Of a stretch of DNA of 64,000 nucleotides, positions 59,801 through 64,000 are shown one piece after another. The position numbers and the translations under genes were made by a program. The DNA is from Caecitellus pseudoparvulus (taxonomy: Eukaryota; Protista; Bigyra: Bicosoecida): contig CBFFRQ010000079.1 of assembly GCA_965644315.1 (NCBI GenBank), forward strand, positions 124,001 to 188,000, read 5' to 3'. Every line of letters begins with the position of its first letter. Within the stretch, counting starts at the first letter, position 1. The notes beneath the pieces are model-generated. The model was given only the letters and a program-made list of their open reading frames with translations. It had not been told where the DNA came from and did no database searches.

Positions 59801-60603
59801 GCGGCGTGGCAGACAACGCGTACCTCGCCGGCGCCATCGCCGACGTGCGCAAGAAGGCGGGCCTGCCGGCCGAAGGTGGCACGGTGCGCTTCTCTGACAT
59901 GTGCATCAAGCTGAACAAGGCGTTCAAGGCCCAGCGGCGCATGCTGGTCGTCACAGACACGCACGTCTTGAACTGTATGGACGACCCGAAGAAGCCCAAG
60001 GTGCAGCGTGCCGTGCCACTGAGCGAGGTGGGGCAGGTGGTCATGAGCCCCCACGTGGACAGCTACATCTTGCTCATGTGCCCTGCCTCGCATGACTACC
60101 TGTACATCCTACAGCGCAAGACACAGTTCGTGAAGGTGCTGCGGGAGGTGTGGAAGGCTGACGCCGCGGCCCGGCATGGCGCCGCTCCAGCGGGCGCAGC
60201 AGCCGCTGCAGCAGGGGCCGGCGGCGCAGCCCCGCAGGCCCAGAATCTCCCTGTGCTGGCGGTGCATGACATGAGCTTCATGAACACCAAGGGTGGCTCC
60301 CGGGTGGGCAAGGACAGCCGCCGCATCATGTGGCTGAGCATCTCCCCCACAGATGGCCGCTTTGCGGCGCGGGCTGCAGGCAAGCCCAATGACGCCGAGA
60401 AGCTCATTGCTGCTGGCCTGGCCAAGCCTGAGAAGGCCTGTGGTGGTGGTGAGGGTGGCTGGAGCGAGCAGCCCATTGCCTACCACGAACAGGGCGCTGG
60501 CTTGACGCTGAGCGTCGTGGCTCCGCAAAAGAAACGCAAGCCCTTGACGGAGTCCCTGCGGCCGGAGGAGTTCGCCCGCATCAAGGCTGCCGGATTGCTG
60601 TAA
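56843..60603 (+). CDS. MYO1: class I myosin (motor, IQ motifs, TH1 tail)
   Basis: [54 protein letters not shown], IQ-like repeats, TH1 motif KLNKAFKAQRRMLVVTD; intron 56979-57241. Confidence 0.95.
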
Positions 60604-60675
60604 CCGTTTGGCTGTGTGAATTGCAATGCAATGTGTCCGTGAGGGTCGACTCTGCTCCCACGCCCCTCCCGCGCT

Positions 60676-63570
60676 TCACCCGCGTTGCGATGGCGAGTGA
60701 ATGGACTGCTCCTCTGCCGCAAGCACCTGCTCCAGCATGCGAACAAAGGCAGCATGCTCAGGCGTCCCCACGGGGGGCACCGGACTCCACGTACTGCCCG
60801 GCGCCCCGTCACCCTCCGACAGCGAGTAGCTCCCGCCATCGTCCCACCCATACCGAGACGAATCTGCCAGGCTGGGCAAGTCCCAGTCGGAGCAATCCCC
60901 ACCACCAGGTAGCGGCCCCTCCTCTTCCTCTGCTCCGCGCCCTGCCTGGCTGGTCCGGCGGGCAGCCTCCTCCGCCAGGTGCCTGGACATGCCCAGGGCC
61001 AGTGGTCCGCTGGTGTCCTGCGGCTGAGCCTGTTGGCGCCGGCGAGCAGCCTGCTGAGCAGCCTGGGCATCAGCAGCAGCTGCAAGCACCCGCCGCCTGG
61101 CATACGCTGAGTAGTACGAGCGACGGAAGACGTTCACGCCAGCACCCACCCCCGTTCCTGCGGCGGACGAGGGGGCGTCGCCTGCGGGTGTGGGAATGTC
61201 CAGCAAGGCGGCCGTGGCGGTGGCATCGCCACCTCCCTCGCAAGCACTGCGCGCAGGGTACCCCCACATGTCTACCGCGTGGTCAGAGGACAGGGACACA
61301 TCCCGCCCATCGGGATCCCCTCCCTGCGTGGCGGGCACCATGACTGGGCGCCGAGTCTGCGCACCAGACTTGTCAAGCGTGCCTTGCACTCCCCGCCTGG
61401 CAGCCGCGTGGCGGTGCCAGGTGGTCTGGGACATGTGTGCGGGGTGCACTGGCGCCCCTGTGCGCCGAGCAACTGCAGGGCTGAAAGAGCTCACCGGTGT
61501 GGGCAGGTGGGGTGGCACGGGCGTCCGGGCTGCGGGAGCCTTCCTGTGCAGCCCCGCGCCACTGGCAGCAGCTGCCCGTGCAGCAGCCACAGCTGTCACG
61601 TACCCGTGTCTGGAAGACGGCGAGAAGGCGCCTGGCTGCAGGGTGGGGGACTCAACGGTCGATAGCAGTGACGGGGGGGAGGAGGCCTTGTGTGGGCGGT
61701 TGGACAAGCGGCTTCGGAGAAGCGAGCCTTGCCCAACAGTTGCAGGAGGTGGTAGCAGGTCACCCTGCGGCACATGGCGCCCCTCAGTAGTGGCTACCAT
61801 TGAAACGATGTGCCGCAGCACCGCACTGGGGCTGGAACCCTGCGCCGCACCCCTGCGCGGACTGCCGCCCCTCGGTGATGCAACAGCCCCAGGCCGCTTG
61901 GCTTGACACTCAAAACGCAAGGCTCGATCGCTGCGATGAGGGGAGACGCGGGTGCGAGCCAAGCGTGCAGCGTGAGCTGCAGCTGCCTGTGCTTCTCGTG
62001 GGTGCAAGGGCAGCGTCACGTCACCCGGCGCCGGGGAGGGCTTCTCGTGGGAGGCAGGTGGCGAGTTGGTTGGGCAGGACCCGGTGTCTGAGGTGTGCTC
62101 TGACGCAATGAACATGTCCCTATCGCCGCCCGGGGAGCGTCGGGGAAGGCTGCCCGGCACTTTCTGAGGGGGTGGGGGGGTGTGTGGCGCTGCTGCTGCT
62201 GCCAAGGCTGCTGCCACCTGTGCGGCCATGGCAGCGGGGGACAGGCCACCCAGAGCAGGCGACGGCGTGTGCGGGTCCAGAGCACTGCCTGCCATGCCCG
62301 CCAGACGAGTTCCAGACACCTCGATCACGACGCTTGCGTCATCTGAGACAGGCGTGCTGCAGCGGGGGGGGGTGAGGGGTCGCTCCACCTCAGCTCCACA
62401 ATCTGCTTGCTGGGAAGGCTCCTGTGTCCCTTGTGATGCGCTTTCATCGTGCGTAGCAGCAGGCAGCGGCGGCGGCGGACCTGTCTGCTGCTGGGTGTCA
62501 AACCCAGCGACGCCGACAGCCTCAGTCCCCGCGCTTGCTGTGGCGGGGAGGGTGCTAGGAGCAGTGGCTTGCAGACCGTCAGATGAATCAGACGCTTGGG
62601 ATGTGGGGCTGGCCACGACCGACGGGACTGCTGCGCGCAAGGAGGCGGCCAGGTCCGCCCCCACACGGCTCTGCAGTGCAACGCTGGAAGCGTCCAAGGA
62701 GCTGCTGTGTGACGAGTGGGGAGATGGCGGGCGGCGCTCTTCGGAGGGCAGCTGAGCATCAGCGCTAGTGGCTGAAATTTGCACAATGCGAGCTCGTGTC
62801 GGCTGAGCTTGCTTGAAGTGTGTCGCCGCTAGGCGAGCGAGGAAGGCATCAGCAGCTTGGCTGACTTCTGCAGGAGACTCAGCTGCTTGAGCCGCAGAAG
62901 GGGGCTGCCAGGCCTGGCTGCTGTACGAATCGTGGTGGAGATCGGGCTGGGGCGCGTTTGTCCATGCCTCTGGCGCTGGCTGTGGAGAAACAGTCGCTTG
63001 CAGCTGGCCAACCTGCTCGGCATCTCGACTGGAGGAAGCATCCACCACCGAGTAGTGGGGGCACGAAGTGGGTGAGACAGCGTAGTGCACCTTTGCTGTG
63101 GATGCTGGGACGTGGAAGGAAGCAGGGGAGTGCGGCGCAGCTACACTGCCGTCAGGGCGGGTGGGCGTGCGCCGTCCGGAAGTGGAGGGTGTGCTCGGCG
63201 CCGCTACCTTGGGCAACAGCGACTCCGGGCGGGCAGGCACCTTGAGTCGGCCGCTGGAAGCGAAAACTGGGACTTCTTGGGCCTTTTCAGCTTCAGCCTC
63301 CTCCATTCCGCTGCAATCCTCGCTGTGGCATTCTTCTGCTGGCAAGGGCGCCTCCCCTGTTTCATGCGCTGCGTGGGTCGCAGCGACGCCAGCGCCGGCA
63401 GTCTGAGGCGCATCTGGGGCTGAGGGGTGCTCGCCCGAGCCCGTAGATGGGACCTCCTTGGACACTTCGACATCATCCTTGATTGGAGATCGCCTGCTGA
63501 GCGCCTTGCCCTTCGACTGGAGGTAGGCGCGCGCACGCTGCAGCGCAGTGAGTGTCCCAGGCGACGCCAT
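60676..63570 (-). CDS. large Ser/Pro/Ala-rich, likely disordered protein of unknown function
   Basis: Uninterrupted ~965-codon ORF from MASPGTLTALQRARAYLQ, convergent with myosin; no recognisable domain. Confidence 0.6.
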   Translation of the reverse strand: MASPGTLTALQRARAYLQSKGKALSRRSPIKDDVEVSKEVPSTGSGEHPSAPDAPQTAGAGVAATHAAHETGEAPLPAEECHSEDCSGMEEAEAEKAQEVPVFASSGRLKVPARPESLLPKVAAPSTPSTSGRRTPTRPDGSVAAPHSPASFHVPASTAKVHYAVSPTSCPHYSVVDASSSRDAEQVGQLQATVSPQPAPEAWTNAPQPDLHHDSYSSQAWQPPSAAQAAESPAEVSQAADAFLARLAATHFKQAQPTRARIVQISATSADAQLPSEERRPPSPHSSHSSSLDASSVALQSRVGADLAASLRAAVPSVVASPTSQASDSSDGLQATAPSTLPATASAGTEAVGVAGFDTQQQTGPPPPLPAATHDESASQGTQEPSQQADCGAEVERPLTPPRCSTPVSDDASVVIEVSGTRLAGMAGSALDPHTPSPALGGLSPAAMAAQVAAALAAAAAPHTPPPPQKVPGSLPRRSPGGDRDMFIASEHTSDTGSCPTNSPPASHEKPSPAPGDVTLPLHPREAQAAAAHAARLARTRVSPHRSDRALRFECQAKRPGAVASPRGGSPRRGAAQGSSPSAVLRHIVSMVATTEGRHVPQGDLLPPPATVGQGSLLRSRLSNRPHKASSPPSLLSTVESPTLQPGAFSPSSRHGYVTAVAAARAAAASGAGLHRKAPAARTPVPPHLPTPVSSFSPAVARRTGAPVHPAHMSQTTWHRHAAARRGVQGTLDKSGAQTRRPVMVPATQGGDPDGRDVSLSSDHAVDMWGYPARSACEGGGDATATAALLDIPTPAGDAPSSAAGTGVGAGVNVFRRSYYSAYARRRVLAAAADAQAAQQAARRRQQAQPQDTSGPLALGMSRHLAEEAARRTSQAGRGAEEEEGPLPGGGDCSDWDLPSLADSSRYGWDDGGSYSLSEGDGAPGSTWSPVPPVGTPEHAAFVRMLEQVLAAEEQSIHSPSQRG

Positions 63571-64000
63571 GTCCCTGCCCACTGCCAACAAGTCCGGTCT
63601 CCAGCTCACCCCAGGCGAGGCACACCAAGCCTCACCGCAGCAGCAATGTCACAGCACTCTTTGCCAGTTGGAAACTGAGCATGCCTCAGACATGCACCAG
63701 CTTCCTCCCACGGCCTTGTCCGCGGAGTTGCACGCGCCAGCTTCCTGGGCAGGACAGTGCATCGCAATGCCCAAAACGCGTGAACAAAGAACACAAACAC
63801 GGTTGGGAGCATGTCCATCATATTCCCTGACATACATCCAAGCGCCACTTGAGAAGCTGCGCTCTGGCGTCGGATTCGGACCCTTCGCTGCTGTTGTCCT
63901 GACTTGCTTGCAACAGACGTGGCCTGCTGAACGACGAACGAGCGCTGCAACGGCAGGTGTCCGCATGATGGCAACACGAATCAGCGATGAAGACATGCAG

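Overview
GC-rich, very gene-dense eukaryotic nuclear DNA with short (mostly ~70-90 nt) GT-AG introns. A tubular-mastigoneme-type EGF protein and a TALE homeodomain with the stramenopile-style loop point to a flagellated stramenopile, possibly a bicosoecid-like heterotroph (inference). About 18 protein genes, in order: RNASEK-like membrane protein, GPI, EF-hand plus Arf-like pseudo-GTPase protein, RCC1/IPT protein, three Mpv17/PMP22 paralogues (two from a recent ~1 kb tandem duplication), degenerate kinesin with a CCDC78-like coiled coil, small type-I membrane protein, P4-ATPase, folate-receptor-like x2 plus CACHD1/alpha2delta-like protein, a ~3300 aa mastigoneme-EGF protein with a phage-tail-fibre-like repeat shaft, TALE homeobox, WS/DGAT, thiolase, eIF2A, LCB1, glyoxalase I, myosin I and a disordered protein. 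There is also one tRNA-Gly(CCC) and two identical intronic box C/D snoRNAs. Most notable: (1) the mastigoneme-EGF/fibre fusion with a modular repeat array; (2) an apparent polyprotein of GPI-anchored receptors with internal GPI-signal plus signal-peptide linkers; (3) duplicated SNORD12/snR190-like snoRNAs with extended complementarity to the LSU peptidyl-transferase region; (4) a recurrent A(A/T)TGCA motif just downstream of stop codons, a candidate non-canonical poly(A) signal. All family assignments come from recalled motifs; no database searches were run.
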